From the IMG/VR virus record IMGVR_UViG_3300025598_000021: 64,000 nt of DNA; one strand, 5' to 3'. Every line of letters starts with the position of its first letter. Position 1 is the first letter of the stretch. The notes under the pieces are model-generated. The model ran no database searches, was not told the origin of the DNA, and saw only the letters and a list, made by a program, of their open reading frames with translations. The position numbers and the translations under genes were made by a program. Source of the stretch: a virus. This document shows positions 1 to 10,388 of this stretch, piece after piece.

Positions 1-2
1 CA

Positions 3-1385
3 ATTACTCTCGGTTATGAGACAGAATTCTATGACCAAGAGAGAATGGTAGCGAGCGTATCTAACGAAGTAGCCCGTATGGGTGGCGCGAAGTCTATGAC
101 TGTCCATTCTAACTTTACGACTGACACTCCTTTCGTGTCGCCTCTGATCGACACCGTTCGCGCGAACGCACTTATCATTAGAAACTTGGTAGACTATCCA
201 CAGTTCTCATATAACGAGTATTATAACAACGGTCTATCTAGAACAAAGTATATATCAAAGGTAGTTACTCTAGCTGCTGGACAAGACGCGCAGGACCTGC
301 AGGTAATTCTATCTGCCCATAGACCGCCTGGAACTGACATCAAGGTCTATGTTAAGCTTCTAAGCGGACAAGATCCAGACGTCATCAGCGCTAAGACTTG
401 GACGCCATTGAACAATCTGTCGTACACCATCTATGCAGATCCGAGTAATCCATCTGACATGAGAGAGTATACGTACTCGTTCTACAACGGCTATAGCCTA
501 GTTCCAACATCCGGAACCATCACCACGACAAGTGCGTGCACCGTGATCAACGGCGTAGGAACGCTGTTTGGCAGTGAGATCGACGTCGGGTACTACATCA
601 ACATGGCCGCTAACGCGACTTACGGTGAGACTGCTAGACAGGTAGTGTCTATCGCTAACTCCACACAGCTCACGCTGAACGCCCCGTTTGGAACGACATA
701 CACCGCTAACGCATACTACATCGTCCCTCCTCCAACAACTGCGTGGATGGCCACGAACGCTAACACGAGCATACTCGGCTCCGTCAGCATGTCGACCAGC
801 AACAACACAATCACCGGTACTTTCCAGACCTTCACGGCAAACACGCTAACGGTTTTCAACAACTCGATCTACATCACAAACGCTAATTCGTACTTCAACG
901 TAGGCGATAGAGTATACTACGCCGTACCTTCTGGTAATACTGCGATCGGCGGGTTGACCGGCAACACCAGCTACTACATCGCGACTTCTAATAGCACGGC
1001 CGTGACACTAAACATTCAGCAGAACAACACGTCACCGACTACTCTAACTGGAGCTACTACTAATCCTGGTCAGACGCACAGTCTCAACACGACGTACTTC
1101 ACTTCGCAGTTCAACGTCGGCAGCATAATCGGTATCGCCGGCGACAGACAGACTATCACAGCTATTCAGAACAACGTGTCTCTGTCTGTAGGTGAGCCTT
1201 GGAGCTCAACAGGCAGTCAAGTGAACGCCTATCTTGTAGCGTCAGGCGGTGCGTCGTATGTCTCTAACACTGGCGCTGCTTATACGAACTTCAAACAGTT
1301 CGCTATTAAGATCATTCTACAGTCAAAAGACAGCTCTAAGATTCCAATTATCGACAGTCTACAGGCACTGGCTCTACAACTATGA
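3..1385 (+). CDS. C-terminal part of a large baseplate/virion structural protein (DUF4815/VrlC-like); 5' truncated by the window
   Basis: Frame is open from nt 3. Motifs AHRPPGTDIKVYVK and FKQFAIKIIL...IPIIDSLQALAL resemble the C-terminus of large baseplate-region proteins of environmental T4-like phages. Confidence 0.65.
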   Translation: MTLGYETEFYDQERMVASVSNEVARMGGAKSMTVHSNFTTDTPFVSPLIDTVRANALIIRNLVDYPQFSYNEYYNNGLSRTKYISKVVTLAAGQDAQDLQVILSAHRPPGTDIKVYVKLLSGQDPDVISAKTWTPLNNLSYTIYADPSNPSDMREYTYSFYNGYSLVPTSGTITTTSACTVINGVGTLFGSEIDVGYYINMAANATYGETARQVVSIANSTQLTLNAPFGTTYTANAYYIVPPPTTAWMATNANTSILGSVSMSTSNNTITGTFQTFTANTLTVFNNSIYITNANSYFNVGDRVYYAVPSGNTAIGGLTGNTSYYIATSNSTAVTLNIQQNNTSPTTLTGATTNPGQTHSLNTTYFTSQFNVGSIIGIAGDRQTITAIQNNVSLSVGEPWSSTGSQVNAYLVASGGASYVSNTGAAYTNFKQFAIKIILQSKDSSKIPIIDSLQALALQL

Positions 1386-1612
1386 TCAATGAGACTCAAT
1401 ACATAAAAACAGACACAGAAGGGTTTGTTAAAGATCCTTCTTCTGGAGCGATTCTTAGCGTGGATAACGCAAAACTTGAAGCTTACAAGCGTCAGAAGCA
1501 GTTTATAAATAATACTACAAGAACTAATGAGAGAATCGAAAAAGTAGAGAAAGATCTCTCAGACATAAAAAATATGCTTCAAGCATTACTAAGAGAAAAT
1601 AATAAATGCTAA
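1382..1612 (+). CDS. small conserved T4-like phage protein with coiled-coil C-terminus
   Basis: FVKDPSSGAIL...LSDIKNMLQALL pattern, typical of the small gene following the large baseplate protein; ATGA overlap. Confidence 0.6.
   Translation: MINETQYIKTDTEGFVKDPSSGAILSVDNAKLEAYKRQKQFINNTTRTNERIEKVEKDLSDIKNMLQALLRENNKC
1504..1511 (+). promoter_or_regulatory. T4-type late promoter
   Basis: TATAAATA upstream of the 1606 ORF; gp55 is encoded in the window. Confidence 0.6.
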
Positions 1613-2328
1613 CAATCGCAAACACGAATCTAACGAACACATTTGACTACTGGAGATCGCGTACAAACGAGTTAGCAACTGCTATGTCAACTTGTGTTGT
1701 GACCACTGACGCTAATACCAGTTCTACTACCGCCGTTGGTAACGCGAGTATAACTGGAACTTTTACCTCAAACAATCAAATTGTAAATAATAACATATTC
1801 GCAAATACGCTAACGGTAAACTCTGTAGCCGTAAGCGCTGCAGGAATGTACGTCGGCAACTCTACGACCAACACCGTAATCTCATACAACACTGTCAGCT
1901 TAGCCAACTCTTCAAGCACTCTGACGCTAGGCATTCCTACCACGACCCAGGTGTCGAACGGCCAGTTCTTCTTGAACGCTAACGGATCATGGGCTGCTCT
2001 TTCAGGCTTCCCGTACTTAGCGGCCACCACGTTTAATACCGTAGGTGTCGGCCTCCAGCTAGTAGACTCATTCAACGCCGGTAACTTCACCACGGCCGAC
2101 TATATCATTCACGTTCGCGATAACATCAACAACATCGACTTCTCAACTAAAATATTTGTCATGGCGCTATCCACGGGCGTCCAGATGACTGAATACGCTC
2201 AGTTGACGACTGGATCTTCTATCGGATACTTCAACGTCACATGTGACGGTACCACATCGATACTGTACTTCACACCAACTAATGGTACGACATCAGCTAC
2301 CATCCGATTTGTTAGGATCACGACGTAA
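1606..2328 (+). CDS. virion structural/fibre-like protein
   Basis: N-terminal TNTFDYWRSRTNEL motif seen in T4-like fibre proteins; N/T/S-rich; late promoter at 1504. Confidence 0.55.
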   Translation: MLTIANTNLTNTFDYWRSRTNELATAMSTCVVTTDANTSSTTAVGNASITGTFTSNNQIVNNNIFANTLTVNSVAVSAAGMYVGNSTTNTVISYNTVSLANSSSTLTLGIPTTTQVSNGQFFLNANGSWAALSGFPYLAATTFNTVGVGLQLVDSFNAGNFTTADYIIHVRDNINNIDFSTKIFVMALSTGVQMTEYAQLTTGSSIGYFNVTCDGTTSILYFTPTNGTTSATIRFVRITT

Positions 2329-2714
2329 TGGCTAGTAAGACAAATATAGTCATAGATCAGGGAACGACATTCTCGACAGACTTAAATCTGACGGACGACA
2401 CAGGCTTTCCTCTAAATCTGTCTGGATTTTACGCTAACTCTATGATGAAGAAGTGGTATACTTCTTCAAACTCTATAGTATTCACCACTTCAGTAAACGC
2501 CCTAGCTGGTATAATCACGCTCAGTCTGACGGCTAATGTAACTTCTAGCATAACACCCGGTAGATACGTATACGATGTGGACATTACAGAATCCGCGTCA
2601 GGTGCAGTATCTAGAGTCGTAGAGGGCTTGGTTACAGTTACTCCTTCTGCGACCGCCGTGACTTATCCAGCACCAAACACGAACATATATCCAAATAGCG
2701 CACCGTTAACATAA
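2328..2714 (+). CDS. virion structural protein (Ig/BppU-like adaptor)
   Basis: NIVIDQGTTF...GRYVYDV...RVVEGLVTVTP motifs common in T4-like tail regions. Confidence 0.6.
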   Translation: MASKTNIVIDQGTTFSTDLNLTDDTGFPLNLSGFYANSMMKKWYTSSNSIVFTTSVNALAGIITLSLTANVTSSITPGRYVYDVDITESASGAVSRVVEGLVTVTPSATAVTYPAPNTNIYPNSAPLT

Positions 2715-2983
2715 TGGTAAATGTAGTAGTATCCAGAAAGAGAACAGTCAATGTATCGACCCACGGAACTGGTGGGATCATCGATACATCTGTTCCAGTT
2801 ACTTTAAAGAATATTCCTGTACTATCCACCGGCGTGAATAGTATAGATCAGATGGTAGACGTTAATTTAACTCAAAGATCAGATGGATCTACTCTTATAT
2901 ACGATCAACCGACAGATACTTACATAGTAAAGCACGTTGATTTTACCGAGATAGATGGCAATTTAGATGGTGGCGTTTTTTAA
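2714..2983 (+). CDS. small tail-associated protein
   Basis: Translationally coupled; ends LDGGVF, like the next fibre (LDGGAF). Confidence 0.5.
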   Translation: MVNVVVSRKRTVNVSTHGTGGIIDTSVPVTLKNIPVLSTGVNSIDQMVDVNLTQRSDGSTLIYDQPTDTYIVKHVDFTEIDGNLDGGVF

Positions 2984-2985
2984 AA

Positions 2986-2993
2986 TATAAATA
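2986..2993 (+). promoter_or_regulatory. T4-type late promoter
   Basis: Intergenic TATAAATA before the fibre gene at 3021. Confidence 0.8.
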
Positions 2994-3020
2994 ATTAAAA
3001 ATTTCAGGAGAACCATTTAA

Positions 3021-5138
3021 ATGGCCAATAACAAGATTCAAATCAAAAGATCGGTAGCCAACGCCGTTGTTACTGGTCTCTCAAATGGTGAGTTAGCATA
3101 TACCCAAGCCAGTAACACTCTCTGGATCGGCCTTCCAGATGGTTCGGGCGCAGCCGCAATCGCCGGAGCGCGTTATCCTGGTACGCTTACAGCCAACCAA
3201 GCGCTCGTAGCAAACGCCACTTCCGGCATCGATAGAATCATCGTCGCCAACGCCATCGTTACGACTCTTACCGCTAACGGCTCAGTTGGTACCAACGGAC
3301 AGGTTCTCGTCACAAACGGTACTGCGATATACTGGGGCACTGGTACTTCTGGCGCGAACACCAACATTCAGTTCAACGACTCTGGCGTCGCAAACGGCGT
3401 CGCCGGCTTTACGTTCGATAAGACTCAGAACAATCTATTCGTAGCTAATTCTCTATTCGTCGGCAACACCTCGCTCGTAAGTCCGACTGCAGTAGTTAAT
3501 ACTACAATAATGTACGTCGGTAACTCGGCCGGCAACACGACACAGAACACCACTTCATTCTTTATCTCCGGCAACGGCACGACTCTACCAACCGCCACTA
3601 TGACATCGAACGGTCTGGTCGTTGGTAACAGCTCGGTAATCGGCGCGCCGACACTCGTTCTTGCGAACTCAATAGGTAACACGGTCGTAAACACTACGTC
3701 CTATACCATGAGCAACGCGAACTACGTCGTTCTAGTAGCCAACACCTCCGGTTTCTTTGCCAACCAAGGCGCCATCCAATACGTCGGTAACACTACCGCT
3801 AACACAACTCAGAACTCATCGTCGTTCTTCATCACCGGTAATACTACCACACTACCGACTGCCACACTACTCGCTAACAACCTAACCATCGGTAACAGCT
3901 CAGTAACTGGTCTGCCAGGCATCAACATTGCCAACTCGACCGGCAATACTCTTATCTCAGTAACTTCATACGCTATAAGCAACTCTACAGCCAACGTAGT
4001 TACGATCAGCACGACTGGCATCGTCGGCAACACCGGCACGTCGATCGTCCTCGGTAACACTACGGTAAACACCGTAGCCAACTCATCTACTTTCCAGGTC
4101 GTCGGCAACACATCTACTCAGGCTACTGCTACTGTCAACTCTGCCGGTATCACGATCGGTAATACTACGATCACGAGCGCCGTCAACATCTACGTCGCTA
4201 ACACGACCGGTAACATATCAGTCAATACGACGTCGCTGGCCATCGGTGGTAATACTACCACGCTTGCAGCCGTATCGGTAACCGGCAACGGTGCGCTGTT
4301 CGGCAACGGTACGGTTACAGCGGCTCCTCAGCTCGCAGTATCTAACTCTACCGGCAACACGGTAATCAATACCACTTCGTTCTTGATGAGCAACGCCACA
4401 GGCACTGTCTACAGCATGAACACGACGTCTATGACGTTCAATGGTAACACATTCCTAAACGGTACAAACACGACTATCGCCTCTAACGTTACGATCTCCG
4501 GTGCGTACGTTAACGCTCCTGCTACTGATCTTACTATCAGAAACGTTTCGGTCGGTGGTAACCTCGTCGTCACTGGCACGGTATTCTCTGTTAATACCAT
4601 AACGCTTCAGGTAAACGACAACATCATCGAGCTCGGTGACAACAACACCACATCAGACGTCGTAGATACTGGCTGGTTCTCTCCTGCAGGTAACAGCACG
4701 AGCATCTGGTATTCTGGTATGGTTCGCGTCGCTAATAGATCGACGAACGCTAATCCATACTTCTGGCTATTTGGTTCTAATACTAATCCAAACACTGCAG
4801 TCAACATAGACACTTCTTCTAACTCAGCCACGGCTACCCTGCAGGCTTACCTAGTACCATACGGTGTCGGTGGTGGATTTGTAGCCAACTCTTCGAACGT
4901 CCAGATTACTGCCAACAGCACTCTCGGCGTTAATATAGTAGCAAATACTCTAACGTTATCAACTGCTCTTGCAGGAACTGAAGGTGGTACTGGTTATAAG
5001 ACTGTTACTAATAATGCGTTATTAGTTGGTAACTCAACAAATGGTTATAATCAACTAAGTCTTGGTACTTCTGGATACGTTCTTCAGTCTAACGGCACCA
5101 CTGTCGTTTACGATATTCTTGACGGTGGAGCTTTCTAA
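3021..5138 (+). CDS. tail fibre protein
   Basis: N-terminal IQIKRS...GELAY fibre anchor motif, beta-repeat N/T/S/G-rich body, C-terminal LDGGAF; RBS AGGAG and late promoter upstream. Confidence 0.75.
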   Translation: MANNKIQIKRSVANAVVTGLSNGELAYTQASNTLWIGLPDGSGAAAIAGARYPGTLTANQALVANATSGIDRIIVANAIVTTLTANGSVGTNGQVLVTNGTAIYWGTGTSGANTNIQFNDSGVANGVAGFTFDKTQNNLFVANSLFVGNTSLVSPTAVVNTTIMYVGNSAGNTTQNTTSFFISGNGTTLPTATMTSNGLVVGNSSVIGAPTLVLANSIGNTVVNTTSYTMSNANYVVLVANTSGFFANQGAIQYVGNTTANTTQNSSSFFITGNTTTLPTATLLANNLTIGNSSVTGLPGINIANSTGNTLISVTSYAISNSTANVVTISTTGIVGNTGTSIVLGNTTVNTVANSSTFQVVGNTSTQATATVNSAGITIGNTTITSAVNIYVANTTGNISVNTTSLAIGGNTTTLAAVSVTGNGALFGNGTVTAAPQLAVSNSTGNTVINTTSFLMSNATGTVYSMNTTSMTFNGNTFLNGTNTTIASNVTISGAYVNAPATDLTIRNVSVGGNLVVTGTVFSVNTITLQVNDNIIELGDNNTTSDVVDTGWFSPAGNSTSIWYSGMVRVANRSTNANPYFWLFGSNTNPNTAVNIDTSSNSATATLQAYLVPYGVGGGFVANSSNVQITANSTLGVNIVANTLTLSTALAGTEGGTGYKTVTNNALLVGNSTNGYNQLSLGTSGYVLQSNGTTVVYDILDGGAF

Positions 5139-5155
5139 ATAGGAGTGATTATATT

Positions 5156-5743
5156 ATGGAAAATGGTGATGAGGCGGCGAATATAGCAGTAGCGTATGTG
5201 CAGAGACAAGAACAGCTTCTAGTAGACTATATTAGAAAGACTATTCAGCTAGAAGTATCGTATGCCGGCCTTAAGGCTAAATTCGAAGAGCTCAGCGAAC
5301 ATAACTCCAATAATCTAAACATGATTAAAGAGTTATCCACCTCTCTAGAGCTTATAACTGTTGAGAGAAACGATCTAAAGAAAGCCGACACGAAGCTTCG
5401 CGATAGAATCGTTGAGATAGAAGAGATAAATAAACAAAAACTAATAGACGCAAAAGCCGAAGCCGACAAGAAGGTGAAAGAAGTAGAGGGTAAGACTTCT
5501 AACTATACCGTAGAATATACCAACCAGATCGGCGAACTAAATAATAATGTAACTGAATTAAAGACAAACTATGAATCTATAAAGAAGAATTTCGATACTC
5601 TAAATAGAGAATACGAGAGACAAAAGCAAGAACTACAGACTACATTTAATGAGAACGAATTATTAAAGTCAGAGCTGAGTAGATACTCAACAGATTTTAA
5701 GAAAGTAGCGAAGAAGAAGATACCAGAAGACAATACATTTTAA
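5156..5743 (+). CDS. coiled-coil protein, possibly a fibre assembly factor
   Basis: Charged heptad-rich 195 aa ORF between two fibre genes; RBS AGGAG. Confidence 0.55.
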   Translation: MENGDEAANIAVAYVQRQEQLLVDYIRKTIQLEVSYAGLKAKFEELSEHNSNNLNMIKELSTSLELITVERNDLKKADTKLRDRIVEIEEINKQKLIDAKAEADKKVKEVEGKTSNYTVEYTNQIGELNNNVTELKTNYESIKKNFDTLNREYERQKQELQTTFNENELLKSELSRYSTDFKKVAKKKIPEDNTF

Positions 5744-5773
5744 CGCCGGTATATACTGGTCTGAGGGAGCCAT

Positions 5774-8700
5774 ATGGCAGGTAATACAGTATTTCAGCTC
5801 AAGCGCTCTAGCGTCGCAGGCAAGAAGCCTACAACATCAACGCTAAACACCGGCGAGCTCGCGTTAAACTTAACTGACCGCAAGCTGTATTCATCTGATG
5901 GCACGAACATCTTTGAGACCGGCGCGAATCTAACTACCCTAGTAGTCTCCACAAACACGACAGTCAACAACGTCATCTTTGGCACCGGCGGCATATACGC
6001 CAACGGTTCGTTCGGTGGCTCAGGTGCGACCCTGTTCTCTAACGGCTCTTCGGTGTACTGGGGAACTGGCGCAGGCACTGGTACTGTCACACAAGTAAAC
6101 AGCGGCAACGGCCTGTTCGGCGGTCCTGTCACGACAGTCGGTACGATATACGTACTAGCGAATACCGGTATCATATCTAATACGTCCGGCGTGTTCGTAG
6201 ATCCGGTGTACATCAACACGATCACCACGCCTCCTGGATCTAACACTCAGATCGTGTTCAACGACTCAGGCAAGTCTAACGCTCTAGCGTCGTTCACGTT
6301 CAACAAGACCACAAATACTCTATTCGTATCTAACACGATAAACACAATAACTGTCGTAGCGAATACTATCAACGCTAACGGCGGCGTCGGTACTCTCGGC
6401 CAGGTACTGACGTCTAACGGCACGAGCTCGTTCTGGAGCAGTCTAAACACATCCACGCCCGTCAGACAGCAGTACACAGGCGATGGGTCTACTACGTTAT
6501 TCTTTGTTACAGGCGGTTACACGCCTGGCACTCTATCAGTATACGTCAACGGCGTACTCTCGAGAAACACTACAGAAGTAACCGCGACAAACGGCAGCTC
6601 TATAACTTTTGCGACACCGCCGAACAACGGCGCGCTGATCGACGTCATAGGATACGTAAACAACCTCCCATACTCGAACTTCGGTCCGAGCATACTAGTA
6701 TCACAACAGTACACCGCGAACGGTACGGCTAACAGCTTCGCTATAACCGGCGGATACATTCCTGGCGGTGTTCAAGTATATCTAAACGGCGTCAAACAGA
6801 TACCGTTCGTTGACGTCGATATATCTTCTGGTGCCAACGTAAACTTCTATGTCACACCGTCTAACACATGGGCGATTGACGTATTTGGGTTTCAGTCTCA
6901 AATCATATCGGCATCTTCTGTTCCTGATCCGCTGGTGGCCAACAACCTCTATATCGGTGGTAACGTAACTGTAACTAAGAGCTCGTTTACTTTTGGCAAC
7001 AGCACAGTAAACACGAATATCAACACGAGCGGCATAACGTTTGGCAACAGCGTAGCCAACACGAGCATCAACTCCAACGGCGTCAATCTAAGTAACACAG
7101 TACTCTACATCGGTAACTCTTCAGTAAACGTCGTAATCAACTCATCTTCGGTTTATGTCAACGGCGGACCACTCAGCGGCACCAACACCAATGCCCAGTA
7201 CGTCTGGTCTAACGCTCATACGTTCAACGCGAACGTAAATATTAATGGCAACGTGACCATTAGTACATCTGCCGGCATATCGGCTAATGGTTCATATGGT
7301 ACTGCTGGTCAGGCGCTCCTGTCTAACGGCTCTACAGTATACTGGGGTGCCGCTGGGGTTAACACTTCCGCGCAGTACACTTGGACTAATACACAATCAT
7401 TTAGCGCTAATGTCGTACTAAACGGTAATGTCGTTATAAGCAATACTATATACGCTAACGGCTCGGCCGGTGTTGCTGGACAGATACTGGTATCCAATGG
7501 CGCTGGAGTATACTGGTCTAACGCCGCTACTACCATCAGACAGTCTTTTACAGGTAATGGTTCAGCGACGAACTTTGCGATCACCGGCGGCTATACGCCG
7601 TTGAATCTAGACGTGTACGTTAACGGCGTCAAGCAAGAGAGTGTAGTAGACGTAAACTTAAGCTCTGGCGCTAACATAGTATTCACCGTCGCTCCTCCAA
7701 ACGGGGCATACATTGACGTCGTAGGTCTATCGCCGACTACATACACCTATGCTAACACGTCTGCGCAGTATAGCTGGACTAACACTCAGACGTTCTCTAA
7801 CCTAGTTATGATATCGACTGCAGGTATATCTGCGAACGGCTCGTATGGCACGAACGGCCAGGTACTGACGTCTAACGGCAGCTCTGTATACTGGAGCAAC
7901 AGCTCAGTGTTTGTCAGACAGACATTCACCGGTACAGGTTCTGCAACAACGTTCACGGTCACCGGCGGTTATACGCCAAACAACCTAGACGTCTATCTTA
8001 ACGGCGTGAGACAGAGCAACCCGACCGACGTCAACACCGGTTCAGGATCGATCATAGTATTCTCTACACCGCCTATTAATGGTTCTACCATTGACGTAGT
8101 AGGCGTCGTGCCCCTAAACTATACTATAACTAATACCTCTGCGCAGTACACTTGGACTAACACACACTCATTCACCAACGCCATTACGGCCAACGTCATT
8201 AACGCTAATAATATTACATCATCTAATGGTCTATACTCTATCGGTCCATTTAATGGGAGTTATTCAGATGGTATAGTCACAGACTATGTTACAGGTAATG
8301 GCAGAATAAGCGTTGGTCCATTAGATAACTTAACTTTCTATACCGGAGGCGTCGCTGCAAATCAGACGATGATTATTAATGCGACTGGTGTGTTCGTTAA
8401 TGGTACGATAAACTCATATTCTACTACATCATCTAATGGTCTATACTCTATCGGTCCATTTAATGGAAGTTATTCAGATGGTACAGTAATAGACTATGTG
8501 ACAGGTAATGGACGTATATCTGTAGGTCCAGGAGATGGTTTAAGTATATATAATGCTGGTGTCGGAGCAAATGCAATGGTCACGATACTTGCTAATGGAA
8601 ATATGGGTATAGCCTGCACCTCTCCGACTGGATTATTAGACGTATCTTCACGTGGTATCACCAAAGGTTCGATGCCAGCTGGTTCTATTATTCAAGTAGT

Positions 8701-9106
8701 AAACGTTCCATTTACGAATGTTGTTTCTACAACTTCTGCAACTGCAACTAATGTACCAAATTTTGCAGTATCAATAACGCCAAGTTTAGTATCTAGTAAA
8801 ATTCTTTTAATAATAAATTGTCAAATTGGTATGTCTACTGCGGGTGACGCCTACTGTCGCGTACTACGCAATGGAACACTTATTGACTCTAGCACTTCCG
8901 GTTCGTTTGGACATACTGCAGGCCAATATAATTTATCAACTAGTGATGCAAGTATTTGTTTTTTAGATAGTCCGGCAACAACTTCTTCTGTGACTTATCA
9001 AGTTCAATTTTGGACTGGGGCTGGAACAGTTTACGTAAATGGTAGAGGATATGCAGGAGATCAAACTACTAGCAGTGATATCACAGTCATGGAGTTAGCT
9101 CAATGA
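5774..9106 (+). CDS. long tail fibre protein with internal repeats
   Basis: FQLKRSSVAGKKPT...GELALNLTDRKLY anchor; four repeats of RQxxTGxGxxTxFxxTGGYxPxxLxVYxNGV; C-terminal GSIIQVV...ITVMELA tip domain. Confidence 0.8.
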   Translation: MAGNTVFQLKRSSVAGKKPTTSTLNTGELALNLTDRKLYSSDGTNIFETGANLTTLVVSTNTTVNNVIFGTGGIYANGSFGGSGATLFSNGSSVYWGTGAGTGTVTQVNSGNGLFGGPVTTVGTIYVLANTGIISNTSGVFVDPVYINTITTPPGSNTQIVFNDSGKSNALASFTFNKTTNTLFVSNTINTITVVANTINANGGVGTLGQVLTSNGTSSFWSSLNTSTPVRQQYTGDGSTTLFFVTGGYTPGTLSVYVNGVLSRNTTEVTATNGSSITFATPPNNGALIDVIGYVNNLPYSNFGPSILVSQQYTANGTANSFAITGGYIPGGVQVYLNGVKQIPFVDVDISSGANVNFYVTPSNTWAIDVFGFQSQIISASSVPDPLVANNLYIGGNVTVTKSSFTFGNSTVNTNINTSGITFGNSVANTSINSNGVNLSNTVLYIGNSSVNVVINSSSVYVNGGPLSGTNTNAQYVWSNAHTFNANVNINGNVTISTSAGISANGSYGTAGQALLSNGSTVYWGAAGVNTSAQYTWTNTQSFSANVVLNGNVVISNTIYANGSAGVAGQILVSNGAGVYWSNAATTIRQSFTGNGSATNFAITGGYTPLNLDVYVNGVKQESVVDVNLSSGANIVFTVAPPNGAYIDVVGLSPTTYTYANTSAQYSWTNTQTFSNLVMISTAGISANGSYGTNGQVLTSNGSSVYWSNSSVFVRQTFTGTGSATTFTVTGGYTPNNLDVYLNGVRQSNPTDVNTGSGSIIVFSTPPINGSTIDVVGVVPLNYTITNTSAQYTWTNTHSFTNAITANVINANNITSSNGLYSIGPFNGSYSDGIVTDYVTGNGRISVGPLDNLTFYTGGVAANQTMIINATGVFVNGTINSYSTTSSNGLYSIGPFNGSYSDGTVIDYVTGNGRISVGPGDGLSIYNAGVGANAMVTILANGNMGIACTSPTGLLDVSSRGITKGSMPAGSIIQVVNVPFTNVVSTTSATATNVPNFAVSITPSLVSSKILLIINCQIGMSTAGDAYCRVLRNGTLIDSSTSGSFGHTAGQYNLSTSDASICFLDSPATTSSVTYQVQFWTGAGTVYVNGRGYAGDQTTSSDITVMELAQ
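8215..8511 (+). repeat. near-identical intragenic direct repeat, 210 nt period
   Basis: tacatcatctaatggtctatactctatcggtccatttaatgg(g/a)agttattcagatggta at 8215 and 8425. Confidence 0.9.
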
Positions 9107-9414
9107 TTCATGACGCAGTTAAAATAGTTCATCCTAATGCTGTAACTATATCTACAGGTAATGATATTATAGAAGCGTGGGATGAATCTGGTAAATTAAT
9201 CAATATTGATAAAAATAAAATAGATATCGAGATCGATCGTCTAAAGCAGGAGTACTTAAAGAGCGAGTACCAGAGATCTAGAAAGACAGAGTATCCGTCT
9301 ATAGAAGACCAGCTCGACATGCTCTGGCACGCGATAGACGAGGGTAAGCTGGACAAGAATTCAGAATTCTATACGTCTATCAAGACAGTTAAAAATAAAT
9401 ATAAGAAACCATAA
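9103..9414 (+). CDS. tail fibre assembly chaperone-like protein
   Basis: YQRSRKTEYPSIEDQLDMLWH...IKTVKNKYKKP motif typical of small genes following fibre tips. Confidence 0.65.
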   Translation: MIHDAVKIVHPNAVTISTGNDIIEAWDESGKLINIDKNKIDIEIDRLKQEYLKSEYQRSRKTEYPSIEDQLDMLWHAIDEGKLDKNSEFYTSIKTVKNKYKKP

Positions 9415-9422
9415 GGTAAGTT

Positions 9423-10061
9423 ATGACACAGAACAGCCAACTAGGAACGCTAGCTCAGCTCGTCACGGTAAATACCGCGGCTAACTCTGTGCAATTTTCT
9501 AGTGGTTTTTCAGTAGGTAACGCTTCAGTTAATGTCGTTCATTCATCGACGGGATTTATAGTAAATGGAGTAAATGGATGGTTAGTACCGAGTGGTACTA
9601 TTCATACGTTTCAACAGTCTGCCGCTCCTACAGGATGGACAAAAGTTACTACATATCATGATTATGCGATGAGAATAGTATCTGGTTCTGTTGGAAATGG
9701 TGGATCTGTAGCATTCTCTTCCGCGTTTTCATCTCAGTCTGTCTCTGGTTCAATTAGTTCTGTTAGTGTTACTGGTACAAGTGATGGTCACACACTTTCT
9801 ACTTCAGAAATTCCAAGCCATCTTCATGGCGGCGGTGGTTATGAAACTATTCATATTCGTGGCAGCTTGGGTGGATATAGTAATGGTCCTCAAGCAGCTT
9901 CAGGAGGTGATGGATTTGCTGGATGGTATGATATAGGAGCGGGTGGTGGCGGTGCTCATAGCCATACATTCACGGCAACTTCTCATAATCACACATTCAC
10001 AGGTACTAATATAAATATGGCCGTAAATTATATTGACTTTATTCTAGCACAGGCAAATTAA
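9423..10061 (+). CDS. short fibre / tail-collar domain protein
   Basis: VPSGTIHTFQQSAAPTGW collar motif; HTLSTSEIPSHLH and AHSHTF His motifs typical of metal-binding fibre tips. Confidence 0.7.
   Translation: MTQNSQLGTLAQLVTVNTAANSVQFSSGFSVGNASVNVVHSSTGFIVNGVNGWLVPSGTIHTFQQSAAPTGWTKVTTYHDYAMRIVSGSVGNGGSVAFSSAFSSQSVSGSISSVSVTGTSDGHTLSTSEIPSHLHGGGGYETIHIRGSLGGYSNGPQAASGGDGFAGWYDIGAGGGGAHSHTFTATSHNHTFTGTNINMAVNYIDFILAQAN
10010..10017 (+). promoter_or_regulatory. T4-type late promoter
   Basis: TATAAATA about 50 nt before the 10065 ORF. Confidence 0.55.
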
Positions 10062-10064
10062 ATT

Positions 10065-10388
10065 ATGGAATTAAAACCAGGAAAATATTGTCCTTTACTT
10101 AAAAAAGATTGTGTGCAGTTACAGTGTAACTGGTTCATTCAAGTTCGTGGTAAAGATATGAATACTGGTAAAGAGATTGATGAATGGGGATGTTCAATTG
10201 CGTGGTTACCACATTTATTGATTGAAAACGCAGGACAAGTTAGACAAGGTGCTGCTGCCACAGAAAGTTTTAGAAACGAAATGGTTAAAGCATCAGAGAA
10301 CAGTATTCAAGCTATGTTGCAAATAGCAAATAGTAATAGAGAAGAAAATAAAACTATGAGGCTGATAGATGCGTCTGACAATAATTAG
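10065..10388 (+). CDS. conserved Cys-containing phage protein (fibre-associated)
   Basis: CPLLKKDC..LQCNWF...CSIAWLP...AATESFRNEMVK; late promoter at 10010. Confidence 0.55.
   Translation: MELKPGKYCPLLKKDCVQLQCNWFIQVRGKDMNTGKEIDEWGCSIAWLPHLLIENAGQVRQGAAATESFRNEMVKASENSIQAMLQIANSNREENKTMRLIDASDNN

Noticed and set aside
8215-8511. CRISPR-like or regulatory repeat array
   Set aside because: Only two copies, in frame inside a fibre gene; this is a coding duplication.
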